From NCBI GenBank assembly GCA_046261995.1, contig JBHENP010000016.1, forward strand, positions 9,098-73,097: a stretch of DNA of 64,000 nucleotides, read 5' to 3'. This stretch comes from Pyrinomonadaceae bacterium (GTDB lineage Bacteria > Acidobacteriota > Blastocatellia > Pyrinomonadales > Pyrinomonadaceae). Every line of letters begins with the position of its first letter. Within the stretch, counting starts at the first letter, position 1. Of this stretch, positions 52,931 to 62,076 are shown one piece after another. Below the pieces are notes generated by a model. That model ran no database searches and had not been told where the DNA came from. It worked only from the letters and a program-made list of their open reading frames with translations. A program made the translations under genes and the position numbers.

Positions 52931-53914
52931 TCACGGCCCACTGTTCCGCAGCGCTTTGACAGTTTCGCGCGCGAAGTAAGTCAGAATAATATCTGCACCT
53001 GCTCGCTTGATGCTGGTTAAGGTCTCCATCATCACGCGTTGTTCATCGATCCAGCCTTTTTGTGCGGCGGCTTTTATCATGGAATACTCGCCTGACACGT
53101 GGTAGGCAGCCAGCGGCAGATCGAAACGCTCACGCACCGTTTTCAGAATATCCAGATAGACGGTAGCCGGTTTAACCATCAGAATATCAGCGCCTTCGGA
53201 GTAATCCAGCTCCGCTTCGCGAATTGCCTCTCGTGCATTTGCTGAATCCATCTGATAAGCGCGGCGGTCACCGAACGCTGGCGCGCTGTCAGCCGCTTCT
53301 CGAAATGGGCCGTAGAAGGCCGATGCGAATTTCACCGCATAGGACATGATGGCTACATTCTCGAAGCCTGCGCCGTCCAGCGCTTCGCGTATCGTTCCCA
53401 CCTGTCCATCCATCATTGCTGACGGCGCCACGATGTCGGCGCCAGCTTCCGCCTGGCTCAACGCCGTGCGCGCCAGCAACTCAAGCGATTCATCATTCAA
53501 GACTTCGCTGTTACGCACCACGCCGCAGTGACCATGAGAAGTGTACTCGCAGAGACACGTGTCGGTGATCACGATCATTTCTGGGGCCGAGCGGCGAATT
53601 GCGCGCACCGCCTGTTGGACGATTCCTTTGTCGGCATAAGCGCCGGACGCGGTCTCATCCTTTGATTCCGGAAGGCCAAAGAGAATCACTCCGCCAACAC
53701 CAAGGTCGTAGGCGGCGGCGGCTTCCGTTGCGATTTCATCGACAGACAGGTTGTGTACCCCGGGCATCGACCCGATCTCACGACGAACCTTTTGGCCGGA
53801 GCAGGCAAATAACGGCAGAATTAAATCTTCTCGCGCCAGACGCGTCTCGCGCACAAGCGTGCGCAGCGATGCGGTTCTTCTGAGTCGTCGGGGGCGATGA
53901 ATGAGATGCGGCAT
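52931..53914 (-). CDS. hemB: porphobilinogen synthase (delta-aminolevulinate dehydratase), Zn-type
   Basis: HRPRRLR near the N-terminus, the Cys-rich metal site [14 protein letters not shown], and Schiff-base Lys contexts ([12 protein letters not shown]). I prefer the ATG at 53914. Confidence 0.93.
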   Translation of the reverse strand: MPHLIHRPRRLRRTASLRTLVRETRLAREDLILPLFACSGQKVRREIGSMPGVHNLSVDEIATEAAAAYDLGVGGVILFGLPESKDETASGAYADKGIVQQAVRAIRRSAPEMIVITDTCLCEYTSHGHCGVVRNSEVLNDESLELLARTALSQAEAGADIVAPSAMMDGQVGTIREALDGAGFENVAIMSYAVKFASAFYGPFREAADSAPAFGDRRAYQMDSANAREAIREAELDYSEGADILMVKPATVYLDILKTVRERFDLPLAAYHVSGEYSMIKAAAQKGWIDEQRVMMETLTSIKRAGADIILTYFARETVKALRNSGP

Positions 53915-54086
53915 TAGCGTGGTTATAGGAAGCTTCAGTCTACTGGCTTCATTAGGAAGGGATGATACCCGTCTGAGAATTGGCAAAGCAAACGGAAGAA
54001 TACACTCACTCGACCCACAGAACCATTAGCGGTAGCCCAATAGATCCCATCGGTTTTGCCTCAAGAGTAATGTGCCAGTCAGGGAC

Positions 54087-54277
54087 GGCTTTGCCGCCGG
54101 ATGTGAGGCGGGGCTATGCCCCGCCGTAACCGGGCAGATTATCCTGGGGGGCTACGCCCCTCGTGATCGCCCTAGGAATTATTGGCCCAAAGGCCCGCAC
54201 CAAGGGCGTAGCCCGAAGAGGATAAAAGCACATTTACGGCGGGGCACAGCCACCGCCTCATATCCGGCGGCAAAGCC
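54087..54277. repeat. MITE-like element with ~43-nt terminal inverted repeats
   Basis: GGCTTTGCCGCCGGATGTGAGGCGGGGCTATGCCCCGCCGTAA pairs with TTACGGCGGGGCACAGCCACCGCCTCATATCCGGCGGCAAAGCC at about 40 of 44 positions. Confidence 0.85.
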
Positions 54278-54410
54278 GAAGCTACAGCAACCTCGGACTC
54301 TTAGGGCAAGCCGATGGGCTGCGGTGGCCGCAAATGGTTCTGAGTAGTTGAGCGTTGCGCTGCGGGTTAGCTGGCCCTCTACCAGCGATGATAAGCGGGG
54401 TGGCCGGGTT

Positions 54411-54842
54411 TCACCGCGACGAATGTGCCTCGACAGGTTGCGGTAACTTTGTCATGGGCATTAACTCGCCTTCGACTACGGCACGGTCGTCTGTTGATTC
54501 AACTACGCGTGCGACCAGTTTCACTGGTCTGTCCGTCGGCGTCGGACGCAGGAGCTTGATAGAGTATTCCGCCGTAACTGTGCAAGGTGGATGATCGAGC
54601 CCCGCTTTGTTCATGAGATGCCAGGCGGCCGTCCAGTTACAGTGGCAATCGAGCAGCGTGCCGATGATGCCGCCACTAAGCATCCCCGGAAAGGCTTCGT
54701 ATTGAGGTTGCGGTTGCCATTCGGCAACAACTTCTTCGCCGTTGGCGAAGCTGCGAATGTGCAAGCCCTTTTCGTTGGCCGGACCGCAGCCGAAGCAGGC
54801 CATATTTGGCGCGTAAGTTTCCTGGATACTCTTCTCTGTCAT
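54411..54842 (-). CDS. hotdog-fold thioesterase (PaaI/4HBT-like)
   Basis: 143 aa from the ATG at 54842. CFGCGPANEKGLHI N-terminal motif. The track TTG start at 54863 lies inside a repeat. Confidence 0.8.
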   Translation of the reverse strand: MTEKSIQETYAPNMACFGCGPANEKGLHIRSFANGEEVVAEWQPQPQYEAFPGMLSGGIIGTLLDCHCNWTAAWHLMNKAGLDHPPCTVTAEYSIKLLRPTPTDRPVKLVARVVESTDDRAVVEGELMPMTKLPQPVEAHSSR

Positions 54843-54850
54843 CAGAACTC

Positions 54851-54970
54851 GTCCAACGTCCAACGTCCAATGTCAAAAACACTTGTTCGGTGTAACCTCA
54901 GCGCCCAACGCCAAATCAATCGTCGCCGAGCGACAGACTTTGGACTCTGGACATTGGACTTTGGACCTGC
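54851..54970. repeat. heptad-periodic palindromic element overlapping the ligase 3' end
   Basis: gtccaac/gtccaac/gtccaat/gtcaaaa (54851..54878) and gactttg/gactctg/gacattg/gactttg/gacctgc (54936..54970). Confidence 0.7.
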
Positions 54971-56538
54971 TTTAGCTGCTCTCTGAGTTTGAACCGCTGA
55001 ATCTTTCCGGTAGCCGTGTAAGGAAGTTCACTCACGAAAACGTACCGGCGCGGCTGTTTTAAACGCGGTAGTGACGCTTTCAGAAATCCCCTCAGTTCTT
55101 CTTCAACGCGAGTCAGATTGGATTCTACATCTTTACAGACTACGAAAGCACATGCGCATGGCAAGCCGTCTTTATCAAAATCTTCCACCACGGCAGCTCG
55201 GCTGATGCGCTCATTCCGCAGCAACGCTCCTTCAACCTCCACCGGCGAGACCCATTGGCCGCTTGATTTGAAACAATCGTCACTGCGCCCCATGTGGAAC
55301 CAGTAGCCATCATTCGAACGGTATAAATCGCCCGTGCGCACCCATCCATCGACGAAAGTGCTGGCGGTGACTTCCGGTTTTTGCCAGTATCCAAGCGCAG
55401 CACTCTCGCCTTTCACCCAAAGGTTGCCTTCCGCCCCGGGAGGGGTTGGGTTCCCATGTTCATCCAGCAAACGCGCGTCATAACCATCGATCAGCTTCCC
55501 GCTGCTGCCATACCGGACGTCGCCTTCGTGATTCGACATGAACATGTGTAGCATCTCGGTCGAGCCAATACCGTCAAGCACCGGGACGCCAAACGTTCTT
55601 TCCCACTCCTCACCCAACTGTGCCGGTAAAGCCTCGCCGGCTGAAATACAGATACGCAGACTTGAGCAATCGAGTGCTAGGCCGCGTCGATGATGTTCCA
55701 GCAGCAGATTGTAGATAACGGGAACGCCGAAGAAGACGGTCGGTTTATGATCGACAAAGATTCGGCCGATGACTTCAGCGGTAGGCTTTTGACGACAGAG
55801 AATTGTAGTCGCGCCATTTAGCAAGGGAAACGAAAGGCTGTTTCCCAGGCCGTAAGCAAAGGGCAGTCGCGAAGACGAGAAGAGCCGATCATTCGGTTTC
55901 AGGTTTAATACTTCGCGGCAGAAGGTGTCCTTCGTGTAATAGACGTGGGCCTGGGAGTGGACGGCGCCCTTCGGCTCGCCAGTACTGCCGGAGGTGTAAA
56001 GAATAAATGCCGGCGTGTCTTTGTGCGCTGAAGGAAACTCTAGCGCGGGTCGGGCTTTGGTTTCACTCAACAGGTCGGGCAGCGTTTGAATCCTCGGCCT
56101 TGTTATTTGGCTCGATGGGCCTTCTCTCTGACTGATCGACTCGCTCTCGCCTCGGCACACGAGAACGACCTCTTTGAGTCTGGGCAGTTTTTCGTGTGCG
56201 TTTCTAAGCAAGGTCTCTGTGAGATCTGATTCAACCAGCGCGACACTCGCACCGCAGTTGTTAAGAATCAATTGTTGCTCATTGAGTCGAAGCCCCATAT
56301 TAATTGGGACGGCAATTGCTCCACTCGAGGCGATGGCGATGAACGACGCGATGAATTCGGGTGAGTCATTGAGCAGGAGAGCCACGCGATCGCCGGCAAT
56401 GATTCCGAGCAAAGTAAGGACTCTCGACAGTCTTAACGTCTCCTCGCGTAGATCACCATAAGTTATTTCCTGTTGTTCGTATAAAACGGCAGGCTTCGCT
56501 GGCGGGTTGTTCCGGAAAATTGCGTCGAAGAGATTCAT
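54916..56538 (-). CDS. AMP-forming acyl/aryl-CoA ligase (benzoate-CoA ligase-like)
   Basis: YTSGSTGEPKG AMP-binding motif, GWVRTGDLY, and GKIQRFKLRE near the C-terminus. The final ~15 codons (VQSPMSRVQSLSLGDD) are encoded by repeat heptamers. Confidence 0.88.
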   Translation of the reverse strand: MNLFDAIFRNNPPAKPAVLYEQQEITYGDLREETLRLSRVLTLLGIIAGDRVALLLNDSPEFIASFIAIASSGAIAVPINMGLRLNEQQLILNNCGASVALVESDLTETLLRNAHEKLPRLKEVVLVCRGESESISQREGPSSQITRPRIQTLPDLLSETKARPALEFPSAHKDTPAFILYTSGSTGEPKGAVHSQAHVYYTKDTFCREVLNLKPNDRLFSSSRLPFAYGLGNSLSFPLLNGATTILCRQKPTAEVIGRIFVDHKPTVFFGVPVIYNLLLEHHRRGLALDCSSLRICISAGEALPAQLGEEWERTFGVPVLDGIGSTEMLHMFMSNHEGDVRYGSSGKLIDGYDARLLDEHGNPTPPGAEGNLWVKGESAALGYWQKPEVTASTFVDGWVRTGDLYRSNDGYWFHMGRSDDCFKSSGQWVSPVEVEGALLRNERISRAAVVEDFDKDGLPCACAFVVCKDVESNLTRVEEELRGFLKASLPRLKQPRRYVFVSELPYTATGKIQRFKLREQLKQVQSPMSRVQSLSLGDD

Positions 56539-56682
56539 GGGGTGTTGTGTTGAGTTTTACTCAGCCTGTGCACGGTGTAAATGAGCGGCTCATTAATCAC
56601 AGCGCCCCTTTTCTTGAAAATCGTTGGTAAACGGCGTTTCGGATTATAATCTCTCCGGCCTCGGTTTCCAGTCTATCGACAG

Positions 56683-56750
56683 CGATCCACGAAACTACAC
56701 GAATCATCACGAAGTCTGTTAGTGTAATTTTCGTGTGATTTCGTGGATCG
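56683..56750. repeat. palindromic element family B, copy 2
   Basis: CGATCCACGAAACTACACGAATCATCACGAA ... TTTTCGTGTGATTTCGTGGATCG. Confidence 0.85.
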
Positions 56751-56791
56751 TCCGCAGCCTAAACTATTAATCGAATCTGGAGGGACTAACA

Positions 56792-57214
56792 GTGACGCGA
56801 CTTCATATATCGATCTTACTTCTACTGACAGCATTTTTGTTGTCAACAGTGAGTCTTGCCGCCCTTGGAGAAACCAACGCGGCTCCTCAACATGGATTTA
56901 GCTACAAGGAGTACGAAAAATTCCACGATGTGCTGCATCCGTTGGAACATGACGCATTGCCGAAGAAAAACTACCGGCGCATCAGATCCCAGGCGAACCT
57001 CTTAGTGAAGCGCGGGAATGCAATTGTTAAGCTCGGCGTGCCCAGCGGTACAAGTGAGGACAAGAAAGAAGAGTTTGCGAAAGAACTAGACAGTTTTCGC
57101 CAAGCGTTAGCCAAGTTCAGGGCCGACGCGCGGCGGGGGACAAACGAGCAACTCAAAGCCTCGTACAGCGCCGTTCACGATTCCTTCGAGATGCTAGCAG
57201 GAATGCTCCGATAA
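56792..57214 (+). CDS. hypothetical secreted alpha-helical protein
   Basis: 140 aa with a GTG start and GGAGGG 7 nt upstream. Signal peptide. No recognised motif. Confidence 0.55.
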   Translation: MTRLHISILLLLTAFLLSTVSLAALGETNAAPQHGFSYKEYEKFHDVLHPLEHDALPKKNYRRIRSQANLLVKRGNAIVKLGVPSGTSEDKKEEFAKELDSFRQALAKFRADARRGTNEQLKASYSAVHDSFEMLAGMLR

Positions 57215-57317
57215 GAATTGGCGAATCTCCAAACTATTTACAATTTTCATTCGTAGGTTCAAATGTATTCATGACGGTTTCCATCTGGAGGTAAGTAGCA
57301 ATTAGAGGTTACAGACC

Positions 57318-58091
57318 ATGACGACAAAGCTTTGCCCCGCGCAGCAAAAGGCGTTCGAAATGCTAACGCACACGTCGTCTTTCGGGCACGTGCTCGTGCT
57401 CGTTGGAAACACGGGCCTAGGCAAGTCTACGGTGTTGCGCGCCGCTAACAGTGAGTTTGGCGGCTCGTTCTTGAATATGAGGGACTTTATGACTTCCGTT
57501 CGCGGTCACCATCCTCTCGCCTTGGAAGAGGTTTTTTCAGAGATGGTAATGGCCGCACTTAATGATAACGATACTGTAATCATTGACGACTTTCACCTAT
57601 TAAACAACGTCGTTTGCTGTAATCATTTTTATCCGCGCATGAATTTCTTGAATGCACCGCTGATGGCGCTCACCACTTATGCTTTGGAGGCCAAGAAGAA
57701 GATCATCTTCGCTAACGAGCACAGCGCTCCTTCGCCTATCCACCAAAGGGCCTTCTACGCCGGCATCGAAGACTTTAAGGCGATCGACTATGAGTTCCTG
57801 TGCCAGCAGTATCTGGAATCGGATATTGCTTCGCGTCTGGATTACCAAAAGATCCACCGCTTTGCTACGAAACTGAATGGGCATCAACTTAAAAGCGCGT
57901 GTCTTTGGCTTCAGCAGGACGACGGCTTAGACACCGAACGGTTCATTGAATACCTGCATTCGCAACGCCTGGCGAGCAATGTTGATTTGAGTGAAGTGCA
58001 ACCGGTCGACCTAAGCGACCTTAAAGGCGTTGACGACGTTATTCAGAGTCTTGAGGCGAATATAATCCTACCCTTAGAGAATGATGAATTG
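57318..58091 (+). pseudogene. 5' fragment of an AAA+ ATPase gene (degenerate P-loop N-domain; catalytic AAA module missing)
   Basis: GNTGLGKST and VIIDDFHLL in the N-domain. The typical lead-in to an AAA module (DLSDLKGVDDVIQSLEANIILPLENDEL) then stops being protein-like at about 58091. The frame stays open to 58634 only as antisense of the convergent hydrolase gene. Confidence 0.5.
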
Positions 58092-58174
58092 TCGACTGTA
58101 GCCGATCACCCACTTCATCAGAGGTTGCTGAAGTTTGTCGGACACTTCGCCCGCAACAGACCGCACTCCATTGG

Positions 58175-60079
58175 TCATGGTACGCAACGCTGTTCGCGCG
58201 AAGGCACAAGGTTGAGATTCGTCAGGCGCCGAGTTGTGGGATCGAGCGAGAGCCGAACAACGAGCGGTCCTCGTTCACAGAGAAGCCTCACCGCGCTGTC
58301 AAGATTGCCATCACCTGCAACGGCTTCACCCGCCTTGCAAGTGCCCCAGTCGGACGTCGCGGCAACCTGCCGACGAAGGCGTTCGACATCTAAAGCAGGT
58401 GCCGCCACTGATGCCGCTGTCTTCGCGTCCCATTCGCTGATGAGTCTCAGGGTTACATTGATCGCTTTGGTCATCTCATCACCCGGCGGAATCACCGACT
58501 GTACTCTGAGATATTGCACGCGCGGGGGAATTGTCGGCCCGAGAGTGATTGCTACGTCCAGCCAACCTCTTTCGCATTTCATTCGCCACCTGCCTCGCAG
58601 AGCGTTCTCCGGTTCGAGTTTGCCGTCGGGATGACAGGCGCCATGCTTCGACTTCAACTCTCGAAGATTCGCCGCGCGGCGCTCGCTGGATTCATCCATG
58701 AAAAGATTGTCGGCGGCGATGCGTGACGCGAGGGCATCGTCCCAGTTGGTGATTAACTGCGAGACGTCGTTCTGAATGGCTTGCAATACCGTTGACGGCT
58801 GGACTACTCGAGGCTGGAGCGCTCCGGTGCGATGGAGCGCAGCGAGGGCATCATTGAACAACCCACCAAAGCCTGCATAGGTCACATTTCCCATGGCGAT
58901 GAGACCCACGCCATGTTCGGGCAGCCAACGCATCAGCGATCCGTAAGCGGGAAGTCCGCCGCCGTGACCCACGATGTGTCCAAAGCGACAATCCTGCGAG
59001 ACTCCGAGGCCATAGCCGTAAGCTGACACGCCTAGCATAAGTGGGGCGTCTACGGCAGCGCGGAAAGCGCCTGACGGCTGCGCTCGCCATGCCTGCTGCA
59101 TCTCCCGCGCGCTGCTTCGTCGCACGGGGCCCTGCTCCGCTTCGTCGCGCGGCGGGAAAGCGGACATCAGGAACCCAACATACCGCGCCAGGTCATGAGC
59201 CGAAGTCCAGAGTCCACCCATGGCGCCGAAAGATCCGTGTGCTAGCGGCTGTTCGTCCTTCCACTTGTTGTCTTCCCAACGATAGCCGAGCGCGATCTGC
59301 TCCCGCGGCACAGCGGCCATTTCGAAAGTGGACGAGCGCATACCCAGGGGCAACAGAATCCGATCGCGAATGTATTCGTCGTACGTTCTACCCGAAGCGC
59401 GTGCGACAACTTGTCCCAGGATCGCGAAGCCGTAGTTTGAATATTCAAACGCCACACCTGGCGCGTTAGAGAAGGGAATGCCGGCACTCATCCAGGCCCG
59501 CATCGTTGCATCGCTCTGGGCCAACTGCCGATCACCCCAGGGATTATCCTCGGGAAACCCTTCCGAGTGCGTGAGCAGGTGTCGGATCGTGAGCGCCGGC
59601 GAGTCTTTCGTTGGATAAGGCAGGTTAGACAGTGCCGGTACATAACGAGATACCGGGTCGTCGAGCGAAAGCTTTCCTTCATCGCGCAGTTTGAGGATTG
59701 CCATCGCCGTAAAGCTCTTGGTCATAGACGCGATGCGGAAGACCGTGTCCGCCGTGACGGGCGCTCGACTCTTGAGCTCCCGCACTCCTGCAGTTTTTAG
59801 CCAAACTACCTCGCCGTCGACGATGATTCCCATTACGGCGCCAGGCATATGCTGGCGCTCGACCCCCGCGGTGAAGAGACGTTCAATCTCCGGGAAGGCG
59901 GTTGCCAGTTTGCGCTTGCGGTCAGGGTCAGCAAATTTAGGCGGTAGAATCGATGCCGCCGAAGAGCGTTTTCCCGCGGGAACCTGGGTGAACGAGGCGA
60001 ATGCAGGATTCGAGTTAGGAACAACAGCGAACAGTTGTGAGGTGACGAAGGCCAAAGCGATGTGACGATGGTGATGCAT
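58175..60079 (-). CDS. serine hydrolase (class C beta-lactamase / PBP4-like family) with a C-terminal extension domain
   Basis: SxxK (ASMTKSF), YxN (YSNYG) and HGGG motifs. ATG at 60079 with GGGGAGA upstream. Signal-like N-terminus. Confidence 0.88.
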   Translation of the reverse strand: MHHHRHIALAFVTSQLFAVVPNSNPAFASFTQVPAGKRSSAASILPPKFADPDRKRKLATAFPEIERLFTAGVERQHMPGAVMGIIVDGEVVWLKTAGVRELKSRAPVTADTVFRIASMTKSFTAMAILKLRDEGKLSLDDPVSRYVPALSNLPYPTKDSPALTIRHLLTHSEGFPEDNPWGDRQLAQSDATMRAWMSAGIPFSNAPGVAFEYSNYGFAILGQVVARASGRTYDEYIRDRILLPLGMRSSTFEMAAVPREQIALGYRWEDNKWKDEQPLAHGSFGAMGGLWTSAHDLARYVGFLMSAFPPRDEAEQGPVRRSSAREMQQAWRAQPSGAFRAAVDAPLMLGVSAYGYGLGVSQDCRFGHIVGHGGGLPAYGSLMRWLPEHGVGLIAMGNVTYAGFGGLFNDALAALHRTGALQPRVVQPSTVLQAIQNDVSQLITNWDDALASRIAADNLFMDESSERRAANLRELKSKHGACHPDGKLEPENALRGRWRMKCERGWLDVAITLGPTIPPRVQYLRVQSVIPPGDEMTKAINVTLRLISEWDAKTAASVAAPALDVERLRRQVAATSDWGTCKAGEAVAGDGNLDSAVRLLCERGPLVVRLSLDPTTRRLTNLNLVPSREQRCVP

Positions 60080-60278
60080 ACTAGATCTCCCCAAGCGACA
60101 AGTTAATCTCGATCCACGCGTCACTGGAATGTTATTCGGAAATCACTAACTTAAAAAACCTTAATTGTTTGGAAACCACTTCTGTTGTTTGGACGTTTCA
60201 ATCAATGGGGAGTGTTAAGGAGCTTAATGGCTTTACAGCCTTGCACGTGAGAGCTAGTTTAAAGAAAATTCATTGGGC

Positions 60279-60500
60279 ATGAAAATGAAAGCTGCGGTCA
60301 TCATCCTAATGCTTCTGATAGCTGTGCTGCTGCTGCTTGGTATCATTGGGCTTGCGGCTCTGTGGTTCGGAGGTTCACAAATAATCGCCCTACCCGGACT
60401 AGGAATTCTTATAACCACGCCGCTTCTCATAGCCCTTTTCGTTGCTCTCGAGGTTGTGGTTCTGCTCTCTGCCGTGCTCTTATGGCGGCTCGCTTTGTAA
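60279..60500 (+). CDS. hypothetical small membrane protein
   Basis: About 73 aa, almost entirely hydrophobic (2-3 helices). Start ambiguous (TTG 60273, ATG 60279 or 60285). Confidence 0.4.
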   Translation: MKMKAAVIILMLLIAVLLLLGIIGLAALWFGGSQIIALPGLGILITTPLLIALFVALEVVVLLSAVLLWRLAL

Positions 60501-60511
60501 CCAGCACATCG

Positions 60512-61309
60512 CTAAACCGTCGCAACGACAATCAACTCCCCGGGATATTTCGAGCCATACGGACTCTGGTCGTAGTCTGAATAGACTGCTTCTAAACCGA
60601 AATCACATCGCGCCAGTAAGTGTTCAACTTCGAACTTGAAAAGGTACCTCATTGGAAACCGGTGGACAAACCTCTCCTCGCGCGCGTCCGGATGAGTCAC
60701 GTAGTAAATCAATTCATTTTGCGTGATTTGGTTAAAGTAATCTCTCGAAACGACACGCGCACGCCGCACTACCTTTCGACCATCTGCGGTGGCGAACTCC
60801 GGCTCCTCGCTGAGTTCCTGCAGATAGCGTTCTTCGGTAAGGTGCGGGAGCGACGGGTTAAAAATATCCAGAACCAGTCTGCCGCCGGCCACCAGATGCT
60901 TACGAATACTTCGCAGGCACGACAACTGGTCCTCAACCGTTAAGAGATGCTGGAAGGGGCGAAACGGAATTGTCACCAGGCTGAATTTTTGACCCAGCTC
61001 AAACGAGCGCATGTCCCCCTGAACCAAGTCTGTTACTTTCACTCGCACATCCTCAGACTCGCGCAAAAGTTTTTCCCTACATACGGCGAGCATCTTCGGC
61101 GAACCATCGAGTCCAACGATTTCGATTCCTGATTTCGCGGTGGGTATGAGGACGCGTCCGGTGCCACATCCGAGCTCCAATACCGGTCCCTCTGAGCGTC
61201 GGGCCATTTCCACGAAAAAGTTCACATCCTGACGCTCGCGGTATGGAACTACAGAATCGTAGAACTCGGCCAGGAAAGAGTTGTCTGCGTAACCTCCTGA
61301 GTTATCCAT
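60512..61309 (-). CDS. class I SAM-dependent methyltransferase
   Basis: SAM motif I VLELGCGTGRV. ATG at 61309 with GGAGA upstream. The track TTG start at 61354 lies inside a family A repeat. Confidence 0.85.
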   Translation of the reverse strand: MDNSGGYADNSFLAEFYDSVVPYRERQDVNFFVEMARRSEGPVLELGCGTGRVLIPTAKSGIEIVGLDGSPKMLAVCREKLLRESEDVRVKVTDLVQGDMRSFELGQKFSLVTIPFRPFQHLLTVEDQLSCLRSIRKHLVAGGRLVLDIFNPSLPHLTEERYLQELSEEPEFATADGRKVVRRARVVSRDYFNQITQNELIYYVTHPDAREERFVHRFPMRYLFKFEVEHLLARCDFGLEAVYSDYDQSPYGSKYPGELIVVATV

Positions 61310-61329
61310 CCGTGTCTCCAGGGGTAATT

Positions 61330-61396
61330 TCACGCAAAGGCGCAAAGGATTCAAAGGCGCCCAAGAAGAATATGTAAGACTTTGCGTCTTTGCGTG
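61330..61396. repeat. palindromic element family A, copy 3 (shorter)
   Basis: TCACGCAAAGGCGCAAAGGATTCAAAGGCGC ... CTTTGCGTCTTTGCGTG. Confidence 0.7.
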
Positions 61397-61427
61397 TCAT
61401 CCGTGATAGGTGCGACAAGTCCCATGT

Positions 61428-61877
61428 TTAGACATGTGCCCCGGTTACTTCTCCTCCTTCGAGATGGGCCTCCATCGTAATTTCGGCATTCAGTACCTTG
61501 GATACCGGACAACCAGCCTTGGCGTTGTTCGCCGCTTTCTCAAAGGCCTGCTTGTCCGCCCCGGGCACTTTTGCCCTGACGTCCAAATGAACCGAAGTGA
61601 TAGCAAAACCAGCATCTCCCTTCTCCAGTTTGACGCTTGCTGTTGTGTGGATACTCTCCGCCGTTAACCCTGCCTGGCCCAATTGTCCCGACAGGGCCAT
61701 GGAGAAACATCCTGCATGCGCCGCAGCAATTAACTCCTCGGGATTGGTGCCAACACCATCTTCAAACCGGGTGCTAAAAGAGTATTGGGTATCCGAAAGA
61801 ACTCCACTGTCAGTCGAGATTGTTCCTTTGCCGTCTTTGAGTCCGCCTTTCCAGACGGCTGATGCGTTACGTTTCAT
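61428..61877 (-). CDS. osmC: OsmC family peroxiredoxin
   Basis: 149 aa with AGGAGG upstream. KRNASAVWKGGLKDGKGTIST N-terminus and the two conserved Cys contexts (AAHAGCFSMAL, AKAGCPVS). Confidence 0.9.
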   Translation of the reverse strand: MKRNASAVWKGGLKDGKGTISTDSGVLSDTQYSFSTRFEDGVGTNPEELIAAAHAGCFSMALSGQLGQAGLTAESIHTTASVKLEKGDAGFAITSVHLDVRAKVPGADKQAFEKAANNAKAGCPVSKVLNAEITMEAHLEGGEVTGAHV

Positions 61878-61953
61878 TTTTTCCTCCTAGAACCAATGTG
61901 ATTTAACCAATGACTCGTGCCCGAAACCTAAAACTAAACCAGCTCATTAAATA

Positions 61954-62027
61954 CGATCCACGAAATCACACGAAATAGCACGAAACACAACAACTTTTAG
62001 TGTTAATTCGTGTGGATTCGTGGATCG
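61954..62027. repeat. palindromic element family B, copy 3
   Basis: CGATCCACGAAATCACACGAAATAGCACGAAACAC ... TTAATTCGTGTGGATTCGTGGATCG. Confidence 0.85.
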
Positions 62028-62076
62028 TTCTTAGGGGCTTGGCTCTCAGATTGTGACACTACCAACTCTTGATCAG

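Noticed and set aside
58074-58178. 34-codon minus-strand ORF (MTNGVRSVAGEVSDKLQQPLMKWVIGYSRQFIIL) whose ATG overlaps the hydrolase stop (ATGA)
   Set aside because: The overlap looks like translational coupling. However, the ORF is tiny, has no recognisable motif and lies antisense to the AAA+ fragment. The evidence is insufficient.
58092-58634. C-terminal 180 codons of ORF 57318..58634
   Set aside because: The composition is not protein-like, and the stretch is fully antisense to the well-supported serine hydrolase gene. It is treated as the read-through tail of a truncated gene.
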